Below, piece by piece: positions 7,000 through 14,915 of a stretch of DNA of 15,746 bases. Position 1 is the stretch's first letter; each line of letters starts with the position of its first letter. Location of the stretch: IMG/VR virus record IMGVR_UViG_2681813321_000028. One strand, given 5' to 3'. The stretch comes from a virus (taxonomy: Duplodnaviria; Heunggongvirae; Uroviricota; Caudoviricetes). Made by a program: the position numbers and the translations under genes. Below the pieces are notes generated by a model. That model did not search any database. It was given only the letters and a program-made list of their open reading frames with translations, and had not been told where the DNA came from.

Positions 7000-7461
7000 T
7001 TATGGAGTCGCATTACTCTTCATGGCGTGAGCTTTCCTGTTCTCTCTTTGTTCCTGGTTCCATGGATAAGTGTAATTGCCACCAGCAAAGACCATATTGA
7101 TTTTGTGAGGAACCATTAAAGCGATATCAGCACTCATGTCACTGAATGAAACACAGTGCAGACGTTCAAGCCATTTGTATGCTGCTGCCGCTTCTCCCCA
7201 CAAATTAATCCCTGCAAGTTCAACAATATCTCTGATGGAGCAGATATCAACCATCCCGTTAACGCCTGTAAAACGGCGTTTAAAGTCGCCAAGATACTTT
7301 CTGAAAAGAGTTGCTTTCATTGGTTCAGAAAGGTCTATGTATGGGAACACAACCACATCAAGCAGCATCTCCCTTCTGTTGTTCATCGGTATTACAGATG
7401 GCAAATCGGATACTTTGCCAAATACATGATGAAAAGCCTTTGCGATTATCTTCATCATCAA
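7000..7461 (-). CDS. Hypothetical protein (about 151-153 aa), monocistronic
   Basis: ORF with RBS GGGAGA upstream of tandem ATGs (7458 or 7455 the likely start; the track starts at TTG 7461); followed by its own terminator; no family recognised. Confidence 0.55.
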   Translation of the reverse strand: MMMKIIAKAFHHVFGKVSDLPSVIPMNNRREMLLDVVVFPYIDLSEPMKATLFRKYLGDFKRRFTGVNGMVDICSIRDIVELAGINLWGEAAAAYKWLERLHCVSFSDMSADIALMVPHKINMVFAGGNYTYPWNQEQRENRKAHAMKSNATP

Positions 7462-7554
7462 TCTCCCACTGAAACCAGTGATGTGGTGTTCAGATTTCGT
7501 AAAACACTCTCTAATGCCAGCCAGATGTTGTGCTCATCAATTCAGTCACGTTGT

Positions 7555-7672
7555 GTTGGTTCAAAATGCCGTGTTGTTGGTTCAGTGTTGGTTCAATAAA
7601 AAGAATAAAATCCTTATAAAACAATACTCTTTACAAATTGAACCAACTGAACCAACTGAACCAACACCTTTT
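7555..7672. repeat. Iteron cluster 2 (ori/crr-like), mirror image of cluster 1, immediately downstream of the primase gene
   Basis: GTTGGTTCA at 7555-7563, 7576-7584, 7587-7595; AT-rich spacer; tandem TGAACCAAC at 7639-7647, 7648-7656, 7657-7665; 7628-7672 is the exact reverse complement of 1192-1236. Confidence 0.75.
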
Positions 7673-7690
7673 CTACGCACATGAAGAAGC

Positions 7691-10447
7691 TCATTCTTCA
7701 GATGAGTTGTAATCTCCTGGCTGGTAATTGAGTACATAAACGTTTATTTGTCGTCCCTGAATACGTGGTGATTTTCTTTGGTATCCACGACCGCTGTTTG
7801 GTGGGGTTAGCATCCCGGCTTTTTTCAACACTTCAGCAAACTGTTTTGCGTTGAAACCACATGCGATCTCCTTTTCAAATGTGGCCGGGAATGTGTAGAA
7901 AATCATTGGGCTTTCGTCATGTTCTCCACGCTGACGGTATCCGGCTAAATCTTTGATGGGCAAATCTGCCGGGCTGTATGGAAATGGTGCAAAACGGCTA
8001 AGCCCATAGGCATTAAGAAATGCCTCCGTTTGTTCAATAATCTGCTGATGCTCTTTGTTACCTGTGCCGAACTCGCGCAACCATGCGTTATAGCTGTGCT
8101 GTATCGCATCACGGCATGTCTGAGCATCCCAGCCTGTTACAACCTCGCCTAACAACAATGCGGCCTCCAGAATGGCAAATCGCGCGGCTACACGGTGAAC
8201 CTGCTCACCATAATCGGATGGGATCAGGCTTCTCCATCTGCTTTCGCAGTCACGAACAGTTTTAATAGCCTGTTGCTGGTGGTCTGCCAGCCATTTAATC
8301 CACTCACGCCCGGACGCGCCGTGGTGATGCTGGTAAGCGTCTTTCAGTGCGTCTGCGTGCTGTTTTCCGTTCTGGTAATCGTGAAAGCGTACTGCTTTAC
8401 TCAACGGAATATTCAGCAGTCGCACCATTTGCCCGGCTTTGGTTTTTCGCCCGGAAGTAGCGATAAATGTTTCTAAATCCATTTCTCCGGTGCTGATTGC
8501 CACTGTACGCCAGCGTTTTAGATCCCGGTTTCCACCATCTTTAGCGCCTTGCAGTTTCCCTACACCGTTAAATAACGCATAGGCAGACTGTGAAACACTG
8601 ACAGGATCAGCGCCCTGACCAACTTCATCAAGCGGCATTAGTCCGTCATTGTGGGCGGCAGCTTCATTTGCCAGCCCCAGCGCGGTTCCGTACCACGTCA
8701 GCCGCAGTAAATCAGGGTTGCCGTATAAGCTGCTCGCCACGTTTGCCGTGGTGGTCTTACCTGCGCTCGACTGCTCATAGAAATGAATGCCGAACCCGTC
8801 AGCGCCCACCAGCCCAATCAATGGCGCTGCCAGTGCTGCGCCGATCCCGGTCATCATTGAATAGTTACCAAAGGCCAGACGCGCCACGTTATCACGCCAG
8901 CTTTTCGCGCTCCCTGAGACGGTATATCCGGCTGCGGCTGAGCTTCTCCCGCTGAACAGCACAGGATTTTCAGGTGTTCCGATGATTTCCCCATCAGGCA
9001 TGATGTACGCTCCGCATTGCCAGCCAGTGGCATGAGCAACACGCCACAATTCACGAGAGCCACTGCGTTGTAGCCAGTCTGCCAGTATTGCTCTGAGGCT
9101 GCTTTTGGTCGTGACATTTACCCCACCAGCTTTAAGTGTGCGCCATCCTTCACGTTCACCAATATCAGCCAGTGGAATGGCAGCGGTTGTCGGCGTTTCA
9201 GAACCAAACGACAGCCAGCGAAGAATGAGATACTGGTCTTTATCGTCTCTGCCAGTACCGATAACGCTTAACGGAGAACATAACCAGCTTTCGTTATTGA
9301 TGATTTCTCCACTCTGGCTGTCAGCTCTCGGAGATACCCAATAAATACCATCCTCGCGGCTTTCTATTCTTGGTTTCAGTGGGTCGGTATCCATAACCTT
9401 AAAATCGCTTCCCTCAATGGTCTGTGGCTCCTGTTTCACGCCATTACCCTGTGGTTGGTACATTGACTTATTGAACGCTTCTGTGGCGCATTTAATGCCG
9501 TGTTTTTGGTGGTAATCATTCCAGTCTGCTTTGTGATCTGTCGGGGGTAATGCCACCCATCCAGAAACAGATAAAGCTGCCTTTTCTGCTGCTATTCTCC
9601 CCGTGTTTTGTCTTCCTTCGCTGTGGTCGTTATCCGCAGCAATGATGATTTGTGCTGAAGGAAATTTATCCCGCAGTACCTGGGCGACATATAACAGGTT
9701 CCCGGCATCAATCGCCGCCACTGTCAGCGCCTCTGGACGAATTAAATGGGCAGATAATGCCGTTGCCAGCCCTTCTGCGATTAAGATGCTCTGTGTTGTT
9801 TCTGGTGCGTTTATGGCGTGATATGCCCCCCGCTTTGCTGAACCTGTCAGGAGTCTTTTTTCACCATGTGAGGTAATAGTCTGTGCTGCTGTTACTGCGC
9901 CGGATTTATCCACCAGCGCCAGCAACAGAGATCCATCGGGCAACACGGGGAATGTAAAATCACCTACCCCTTTCGCAACCAGATAATCAGATTTGCCGTT
10001 TACAGCCTTTCTGCGCATGTCATCAAACTGACGGGAAAACGTATCCCGTCTTTGTTGTTCGTCCTTCTCTGCCCTTTTCAGGCGCTCCTGTTCGCGTCGC
10101 TGGCGCTCGGTTTCCAGTTGTTCCCGTTTCTGGCTGGTGGCTTCTGGTGTTTCCGTTGTCCGGTAATCAATACCCAGAACATCAGCGGCAAGAAGCGCCG
10201 CCTCTGTTGTGTCGCAGTTATTTACGCGTTTAATTAAATCCAGCCCATCACCAGCGCCGCACTGATTACAGATGAAGCTACCGCGCCCGTTGTCATCGAA
10301 CCGGAATCGATCTTTGCCCCCACATGCAGGGCAGGGAGCATGACGGCGCGGAGAGTCAGGGACATTTATGTTCAGGCAGCCCAGCACATGAGGCCAGTTG
10401 TTTTCAGACGCACTGATAACCTGACGGATAAGATCAATGTTTCGCAT
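7691..10447 (-). CDS. Primase-helicase of the P4 alpha type (zinc ribbon + TOPRIM primase + P-loop NTPase), 918 aa
   Basis: N-terminal CPACGG...CNQCG zinc-ribbon motif; TOPRIM-like IAEGLATA ... IIAADNDH; P-loop-like SSAGKTT; RBS GGGGG upstream of ATG 10447; iterons directly downstream. Confidence 0.9.
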   Translation of the reverse strand: MRNIDLIRQVISASENNWPHVLGCLNINVPDSPRRHAPCPACGGKDRFRFDDNGRGSFICNQCGAGDGLDLIKRVNNCDTTEAALLAADVLGIDYRTTETPEATSQKREQLETERQRREQERLKRAEKDEQQRRDTFSRQFDDMRRKAVNGKSDYLVAKGVGDFTFPVLPDGSLLLALVDKSGAVTAAQTITSHGEKRLLTGSAKRGAYHAINAPETTQSILIAEGLATALSAHLIRPEALTVAAIDAGNLLYVAQVLRDKFPSAQIIIAADNDHSEGRQNTGRIAAEKAALSVSGWVALPPTDHKADWNDYHQKHGIKCATEAFNKSMYQPQGNGVKQEPQTIEGSDFKVMDTDPLKPRIESREDGIYWVSPRADSQSGEIINNESWLCSPLSVIGTGRDDKDQYLILRWLSFGSETPTTAAIPLADIGEREGWRTLKAGGVNVTTKSSLRAILADWLQRSGSRELWRVAHATGWQCGAYIMPDGEIIGTPENPVLFSGRSSAAAGYTVSGSAKSWRDNVARLAFGNYSMMTGIGAALAAPLIGLVGADGFGIHFYEQSSAGKTTTANVASSLYGNPDLLRLTWYGTALGLANEAAAHNDGLMPLDEVGQGADPVSVSQSAYALFNGVGKLQGAKDGGNRDLKRWRTVAISTGEMDLETFIATSGRKTKAGQMVRLLNIPLSKAVRFHDYQNGKQHADALKDAYQHHHGASGREWIKWLADHQQQAIKTVRDCESRWRSLIPSDYGEQVHRVAARFAILEAALLLGEVVTGWDAQTCRDAIQHSYNAWLREFGTGNKEHQQIIEQTEAFLNAYGLSRFAPFPYSPADLPIKDLAGYRQRGEHDESPMIFYTFPATFEKEIACGFNAKQFAEVLKKAGMLTPPNSGRGYQRKSPRIQGRQINVYVLNYQPGDYNSSEE

Positions 10448-10459
10448 TCTGGCCCCCGT

Positions 10460-11063
10460 TTAGTGCGTCACTGGTGCTTCTGGGATGCCGTTTTCGTTTA
10501 GTTCGGCAATAAAGCTGTTGTGAAGATCGGCAAGCACTTCTCGCCCAAACGAAGTGAGTGTTCCCTGTTCGACATCGAACATGTTGCTGTAAAAAATGAT
10601 GGCATTCTTTGTTCCGACATCAACACCATATTTCTCGATCATTGCGCCCTCAATGTTGTTTGCCATAGCGAGGCGCTCTGCTACTGGATACAGCGGCATG
10701 GCGACGATGCCATTGGAATAAACAGAAACCACGGAATGATTGCCACTGTCATCAATAATGCTGACGGTGCCGTTTCCCTTTCTCATTTCATTGATGAATG
10801 CTGTTGCTATCAGCCAGCGCCACATAATCACGTGATGCTGTGATGTGTAATCGAAATATCCCTGGTTGCCGCCACTGGCAATAGCGAGATGTATAAACAT
10901 GCCTTCATCTGGTTTATCGTCATAATCCCCGGCATCCAGACGATTTACGGCATCAATATATGAGACGGTCTCAACGCGTTCTGTCATGCCATCGTTGCTG
11001 CGGTGCATGATGTTTACGCCGTCAGGCGTTGCTTCTGCATGGAAGGTTAAGAAATTATTCATG
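10460..11063 (-). CDS. Hypothetical protein (201 aa) immediately upstream of the primase gene
   Basis: Start ATG 11063-11061 (MNNFLTF) with ATGAATAA-type overlap onto the upstream gene stop; the ORF-track N-terminal extension to 11167 would overlap the upstream gene by about 110 nt. Confidence 0.55.
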
Positions 11064-11276
11064 TTTCGCCTCGCCTGAATGATTCTGTAACTCATATTTG
11101 CCCAACAATTCGTCTGCTTCCTGAATAGCTTCTGGTACGCCATTGAGCAGTGACATAACCGCGCCAATCATTAACTTGTCTCTGTTGCTGGGGCTGGCCC
11201 CTTCAAGCCAGAACCCTAAAACAGTCTGAACCTGTTCGATGCGACATTGCGCTTCAATGAGCTGGATGTTGGTCAT
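11055..11276 (-). CDS. Hypothetical small protein (73 aa)
   Basis: ATGA start/stop overlap with the upstream gene at 11273-11276; part of the coupled operon. Confidence 0.5.
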   Translation of the reverse strand: MTNIQLIEAQCRIEQVQTVLGFWLEGASPSNRDKLMIGAVMSLLNGVPEAIQEADELLGKYELQNHSGEAKHE

Positions 11277-11536
11277 TTCGCACTCTCCACATCGATTAAA
11301 CTGATATCTATCAGGGAGGTAACTTTTTGTAGCCAGCTATTGATTACTGTCGCCTGTTCCCCTCCCACCGAGGGAATAATCTCATTCATCACATGAACCA
11401 GACCTGTGCGCGCTCTGGTAAGCCGTTCAGTCGCGCAATCTGCGGGAGTGAATGTGTCTGGATATGGCTCTTCGCGCCCCAGCAATGATTCAATTTCCAG
11501 CTCACACGGATGACGATAAATTAAGTTGATATTCAT
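11273..11536 (-). CDS. Hypothetical small protein (87 aa)
   Basis: RBS GGGGGTG; ATGA overlap with the upstream gene at 11533-11536. Confidence 0.5.
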   Translation of the reverse strand: MNINLIYRHPCELEIESLLGREEPYPDTFTPADCATERLTRARTGLVHVMNEIIPSVGGEQATVINSWLQKVTSLIDISLIDVESAK

Positions 11537-11727
11537 TTTTCACCCCCAAGAATTACCAGCTCGGCACGGGCATCGTTAACCAAAGATGAGCACGCTTTAA
11601 TCGCATCCACGACATCAGCAGCGTCCATTTCTTCAGCCGAAAGACTGACAGCAACCAGGACAGCCGCTGCTTGCTCGATTAATTGAAGTGCGGACGTAAG
11701 GCGAGGGGTATTAATTGAGTTATTCAT
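11533..11727 (-). CDS. Hypothetical small protein (64 aa from ATG 11727)
   Basis: ATGAATAA overlap with the upstream gene (11720-11727); GGGGG upstream; the ORF track's longer version starts at 11784. Confidence 0.45.
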   Translation of the reverse strand: MNNSINTPRLTSALQLIEQAAAVLVAVSLSAEEMDAADVVDAIKACSSLVNDARAELVILGGEK

Positions 11728-11938
11728 TGGTTGCCCCCGTTTTGCATGGCATTTGTCCACCTTCCAGCAGGAAATGAACGTCACGAACGGCGAGATCCAA
11801 TATCGCGAGTAACGCCTTCAGTTTTTCGTCTCGTGAGGGAGAGTTGCTCACCAGAATGTCATTAATCACTTCTGTCAGTGTGATGATCTGGCTTGTGCGT
11901 TCGAGGGGATCCATATGCACATCGTAGGTTTTAATCAT
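11720..11938 (-). CDS. Hypothetical small protein (72 aa)
   Basis: Strong RBS GGAGGTG 6 nt upstream of ATG 11938-11936; it is the 3' part of a 355-codon open frame that I treat as composite. Confidence 0.5.
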   Translation of the reverse strand: MIKTYDVHMDPLERTSQIITLTEVINDILVSNSPSRDEKLKALLAILDLAVRDVHFLLEGGQMPCKTGATNE

Positions 11939-12424
11939 GTGCCACCTCCATGCGGATACGACCAGCAAAAAAGCAGACGTGATCGCGCACCAGAGAACGG
12001 CGAGCATCGCGTTCAGACTCGGCAGCAATATGATGAATTTTGGCGGTAATTGTCGGGCAATCGCGGCGAACTGCGGCGATAATCCAGATAAATTGCGGTT
12101 TTTGGGTAGGGGTAGTAGCCAGCATGTGGCAGCCTCCATTCGATAGCATGTAACGCTACCACCGGAAACGCCAATTTCGCTGGTGGTAGCCCAGACAGGG
12201 TTGGCGTAACCGGCTCGAATGGATACCGGCGCTTCCGAAGAAGCCCCTGCCTGAGCCACCATTGATTGACAAAGGCGCTGGATTATACACCAACGCCCAA
12301 AAAATGGGTGAGTCAGACCTACGACATAAAAAAAGACGCTCGGCGCGTCATATGTCGCCATTCGATTTACCAGGACGCCAATCCCGGCACCCGTTTTATG
12401 AGGTGCCTTATAACCATAAACCGT

Positions 12425-12452
12425 GTTGCCGCATAACGGCAAGCTCTTTTTT
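12425..12452 (+). terminator. Terminator-like hairpin plus T-run on the plus strand inside the low-coding region
   Basis: Stem TTGCCG/CGGCAA with 5-nt loop (12425-12442) followed by TTTTTT (12447-12452); the strand is opposite to the surrounding operon, so function is uncertain. Confidence 0.25.
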
Positions 12453-12780
12453 ATGGACTCCGAAAACTCACTATTGGAAGAACCAGAAGCACAGTACATC
12501 GCGCTCATTTCGTTAACGTCACGCGCGTGGACGAAGGTTTTTGTGGAGTCACTACGCGAGCAGAGAAAGCCATCTACGACCAGAAATTCTCTGGCGCAGC
12601 CGCTGACCTTCTCAACGCTAACACCATCGACCGTAATTTCTGACATAGTTAAGGCATCCGCTCCTACCACCAGCAAATGATAAACTTTGCTTGTATCTGC
12701 TGTATTAATGCCTGACTTTGCTGTCATATTGCTGGATTTTGGCGACATACCAGCCAGTGAAAATGTCTTCTTCTGGGCGG

Positions 12781-12963
12781 TTAGCATTTGTTAACCTCCG
12801 CGAACTCCTTCATGAAACGTGCCAGCGGTTGTACGCATGGCGATTGATACCCGTCGCGATAAAACGTCACTCGGTTGTGAGACACGCTTTCGACAGTAAC
12901 GAGTGCTCCGTGGGCATCTTTGTAGCGTTTTTGAGGTTGTGGTGTTCCTGTCGGCTTAAACAT
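12781..12963 (-). CDS. Hypothetical small protein (60 aa from ATG 12963)
   Basis: Strong RBS GGAGGCGG 3 nt upstream of ATG 12963-12961; ATGTTTAA overlap with the antirepressor-like gene stop; stop overlaps a further downstream start at 12787 preceded by GGAGG. Confidence 0.4.
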   Translation of the reverse strand: MFKPTGTPQPQKRYKDAHGALVTVESVSHNRVTFYRDGYQSPCVQPLARFMKEFAEVNKC

Positions 12964-13789
12964 GGACCGCCTCCAGACGCTTAGCGAGCCAGCGTTGCGA
13001 CAGGCGGGTGAGTTCTCCTTTGCGCTGCTCATATTCCATGCCCATATCAATTAACGTGATATTGGTGCTTTCGAGATATGAGAGGTGCTCAAGCTGTTCT
13101 GCGTTCATATGGTCGCGAGGTTCGCCAGAATAGCCATTTATCCGCGCCCACTGCTTAGCAGTTAGCCCACCAAGAACGATACGAGAAATCATATTGCTCT
13201 CGTTTGTGTAGTGGTGTTGCTGCGTCGTTTTCCCCATCTCAGCACGGGCCATATTCAGCGCATCGCACATTGGCTTAAAGTTGTTTGCGGCACTGATACG
13301 GGCTTTTAGCTGGCGACGATAGCGGGCGGCGATTTCAGGCACGCTACGCTGTAATTCTTCCTCGCACTGGATGAAATAACGGCGGATAGCGCGCCCCTGA
13401 TCATTGCGTTCGATCATTGCCAGTTCTTTCGCCATTCCGACACTTAACAGATAGTCTTTGCCGGGTCTTCCAGACTGCTTAATCTTGCTGTAAGCCGCGC
13501 CATTCGGGATTTTCCCCAAATTTGGGGAAATAGTTTTATGGACTGAGTAATCGTGCCCAATGGTGAAGTCATATTCAGAGATGCGATCAGTGATCCATGT
13601 AGAGAAGTCTTTTCCCACGCCCAACGCTTTGTGTAACGCTTTTGCGCTAACAATATTGGTTTCACGCCCACCGATATGACCAGGAATAACCGGGACAATT
13701 GCGGCAAATTCATTACCGTTAATTGTGCCCAGAGAGGCGTTCAGATGAGGGGCAGCCTCAGAAATTAATCTGCTTTTTTCGATGTTCAT
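12956..13789 (-). CDS. Phage antirepressor-like regulatory protein (AntA/KilA-C-type), 277 aa
   Basis: RBS GGAG 7 nt upstream of ATG 13789; motifs ETNIVSAKALHKALGVGKDFSTWITDRISEYDF and YLLSVGMAKELAMIERNDQGRAIRRYFIQCEEEL resemble phage antirepressor families from memory. Confidence 0.55.
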   Translation of the reverse strand: MNIEKSRLISEAAPHLNASLGTINGNEFAAIVPVIPGHIGGRETNIVSAKALHKALGVGKDFSTWITDRISEYDFTIGHDYSVHKTISPNLGKIPNGAAYSKIKQSGRPGKDYLLSVGMAKELAMIERNDQGRAIRRYFIQCEEELQRSVPEIAARYRRQLKARISAANNFKPMCDALNMARAEMGKTTQQHHYTNESNMISRIVLGGLTAKQWARINGYSGEPRDHMNAEQLEHLSYLESTNITLIDMGMEYEQRKGELTRLSQRWLAKRLEAVHV

Positions 13790-13871
13790 TTTCAGTCTCC
13801 GTTAGGCGGCGTTAAACGGTAACCGGCTCATTTAAACCGTCTGGTCTGTTTCCTCCGGCTCTACAAAAATA

Positions 13872-14549
13872 ATGTCCATCATTTTTAATGGACACTATCG
13901 TATGAAACACCGGACCTGGATCACTGAAGCTTTACGTCTTCACTTTGAAGAACATTTACCCCGGGTTGTGGCCGGGCGTCGCCTGGGTGTACCAAAATCA
14001 ACAGTTTGTAGTATGTTCGTGCGCTTTCGGAGAGCTGGCCTTTCGTGGCCTTTGCCCGCAGGCATGTCGGAGCAGGAACTTGATGCCTGCCTTTACGGAC
14101 AATTTTCCACGGTACCAGTCGTACGTCCTGAAAGCACCGTTATATCCGAAGCCCCCGTGGTAAAAAAACGTCCCCGGCGGCCCAACTTCCCTTATGAGTT
14201 TAAAATCGCCTTAGTGGAGCAGTCACTGCAGCCCGGAGCCTGTGTGGCGCAGATCGCCCGGGAAAACGGAATCAACGATAACCTGCTCTTCAACTGGCGC
14301 CATCAATACCGGAAAGGTGGCCTGCTGCCTTCCGGAAAAAATATGCCGGCACTGCTTCCCGTGACGTTAACGCCGGAGCCGGATAATAAAATCCCGGCCC
14401 CCGCACAGGAACCAGAGCAGATAAATACACCGTCCGACAGTCTGTGTTGTGAGCTGGTTCTGCCGGCCGGAACTCTCAGGCTTAAAGGTAAACTGACGCC
14501 GGCGTTATTACAGACACTTATCCGCGAAATAAAAGGGAGCAGCCACTGA
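13872..14549 (+). CDS. tnpA: IS66-family accessory protein TnpA (orfA) with an approximately 95-aa N-terminal HTH-like extension
   Basis: C-terminal two-thirds (KKRPRRPNFPYEFKIALVEQSLQPGACVAQIARENGINDNLLFNWRHQYRKGG) matches IS66 orfA as I recall it; the N-terminal part (WITEALRLHFEEHLPRVVAGRRLGVPKSTV...) looks like an HTH from a transposase N-terminus; true start uncertain (ATG 13872 or 13902). Confidence 0.65.
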   Translation: MSIIFNGHYRMKHRTWITEALRLHFEEHLPRVVAGRRLGVPKSTVCSMFVRFRRAGLSWPLPAGMSEQELDACLYGQFSTVPVVRPESTVISEAPVVKKRPRRPNFPYEFKIALVEQSLQPGACVAQIARENGINDNLLFNWRHQYRKGGLLPSGKNMPALLPVTLTPEPDNKIPAPAQEPEQINTPSDSLCCELVLPAGTLRLKGKLTPALLQTLIREIKGSSH

Positions 14550-14896
14550 TGATATCTCTCCCTGCAGGTTCGCGTATCTGGCTGGTTGCAGGTATCACCG
14601 ATATGCGAAATGGCTTTAACGGCCTGGCATCAAAAGTTCAGAACGTCCTGAAGGATGACCCGTTCTCCGGACACCTGTTCATCTTCCGCGGACGCCGGGG
14701 TGACCAGATAAAAGTGTTGTGGGCTGACAGTGACGGACTGTGCCTCTTCACCAAACGCCTGGAGCGGGGCCGCTTCGTCTGGCCAGTCACCCGTGACGGC
14801 AAGGTGCACCTTACTCCGGCTCAGTTATCCATGCTTCTTGAAGGTATCAACTGGAAGCACCCGAAACGAACGGAACGCGCTGGAATCCGCATATAA
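14549..14896 (+). CDS. tnpB: IS66-family TnpB (orf2), 115 aa
   Basis: MISLPAGSRIWLVAGITDMRNGFNGLA...HLFIFRGRRGDQIKVLWAD is the hallmark IS66 TnpB sequence. Confidence 0.9.
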   Translation: MISLPAGSRIWLVAGITDMRNGFNGLASKVQNVLKDDPFSGHLFIFRGRRGDQIKVLWADSDGLCLFTKRLERGRFVWPVTRDGKVHLTPAQLSMLLEGINWKHPKRTERAGIRI

Positions 14897-14915
14897 CCCG
14901 TTGTAAAGTGAGGAT

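Noticed and set aside
6966-7000. Plus-strand promoter-like TTGACA at 6966-6971
   Set aside because: No suitably spaced -10 and no plus-strand gene downstream; more likely part of the 3' untranslated region of the 153-aa gene.
7136-7684. Plus-strand ORFs 7136-7429, 7156-7599 and 7478-7684
   Set aside because: Antisense to the 153-aa gene or running through the iteron array; the last one's sequence merely translates the repeats.
7945-10237. Short ORFs on both strands inside the primase-helicase gene
   Set aside because: Embedded in a 918-codon frame with clear domain motifs.
10520-10843. Plus-strand 107-aa ORF
   Set aside because: Antisense to the 201-aa coupled gene; no start signal.
11720-12787. 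355-aa minus-strand ORF from the track
   Set aside because: As a single gene it is implausible: the central translation is Cys/Trp/Pro-rich, and a strong internal RBS and ATG at 11938 defines a separate 72-aa gene. Treated as composite, with its 5' part of uncertain extent.
11937-12984. Plus-strand ORFs 11937-12146, 12262-12516, 12423-12680 and 12718-12984
   Set aside because: No RBS, basic or odd composition, and they overlap the structured region or minus-strand genes; kept only as a possible non-coding region in findings.
13444-13713. Minus-strand 89-aa ORF inside the antirepressor-like gene
   Set aside because: Alternative frame of a longer, better-supported gene.
13945-14163. Plus-strand 72-aa ORF overlapping IS66 orfA
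   Set aside because: Out-of-frame overlap with orfA.
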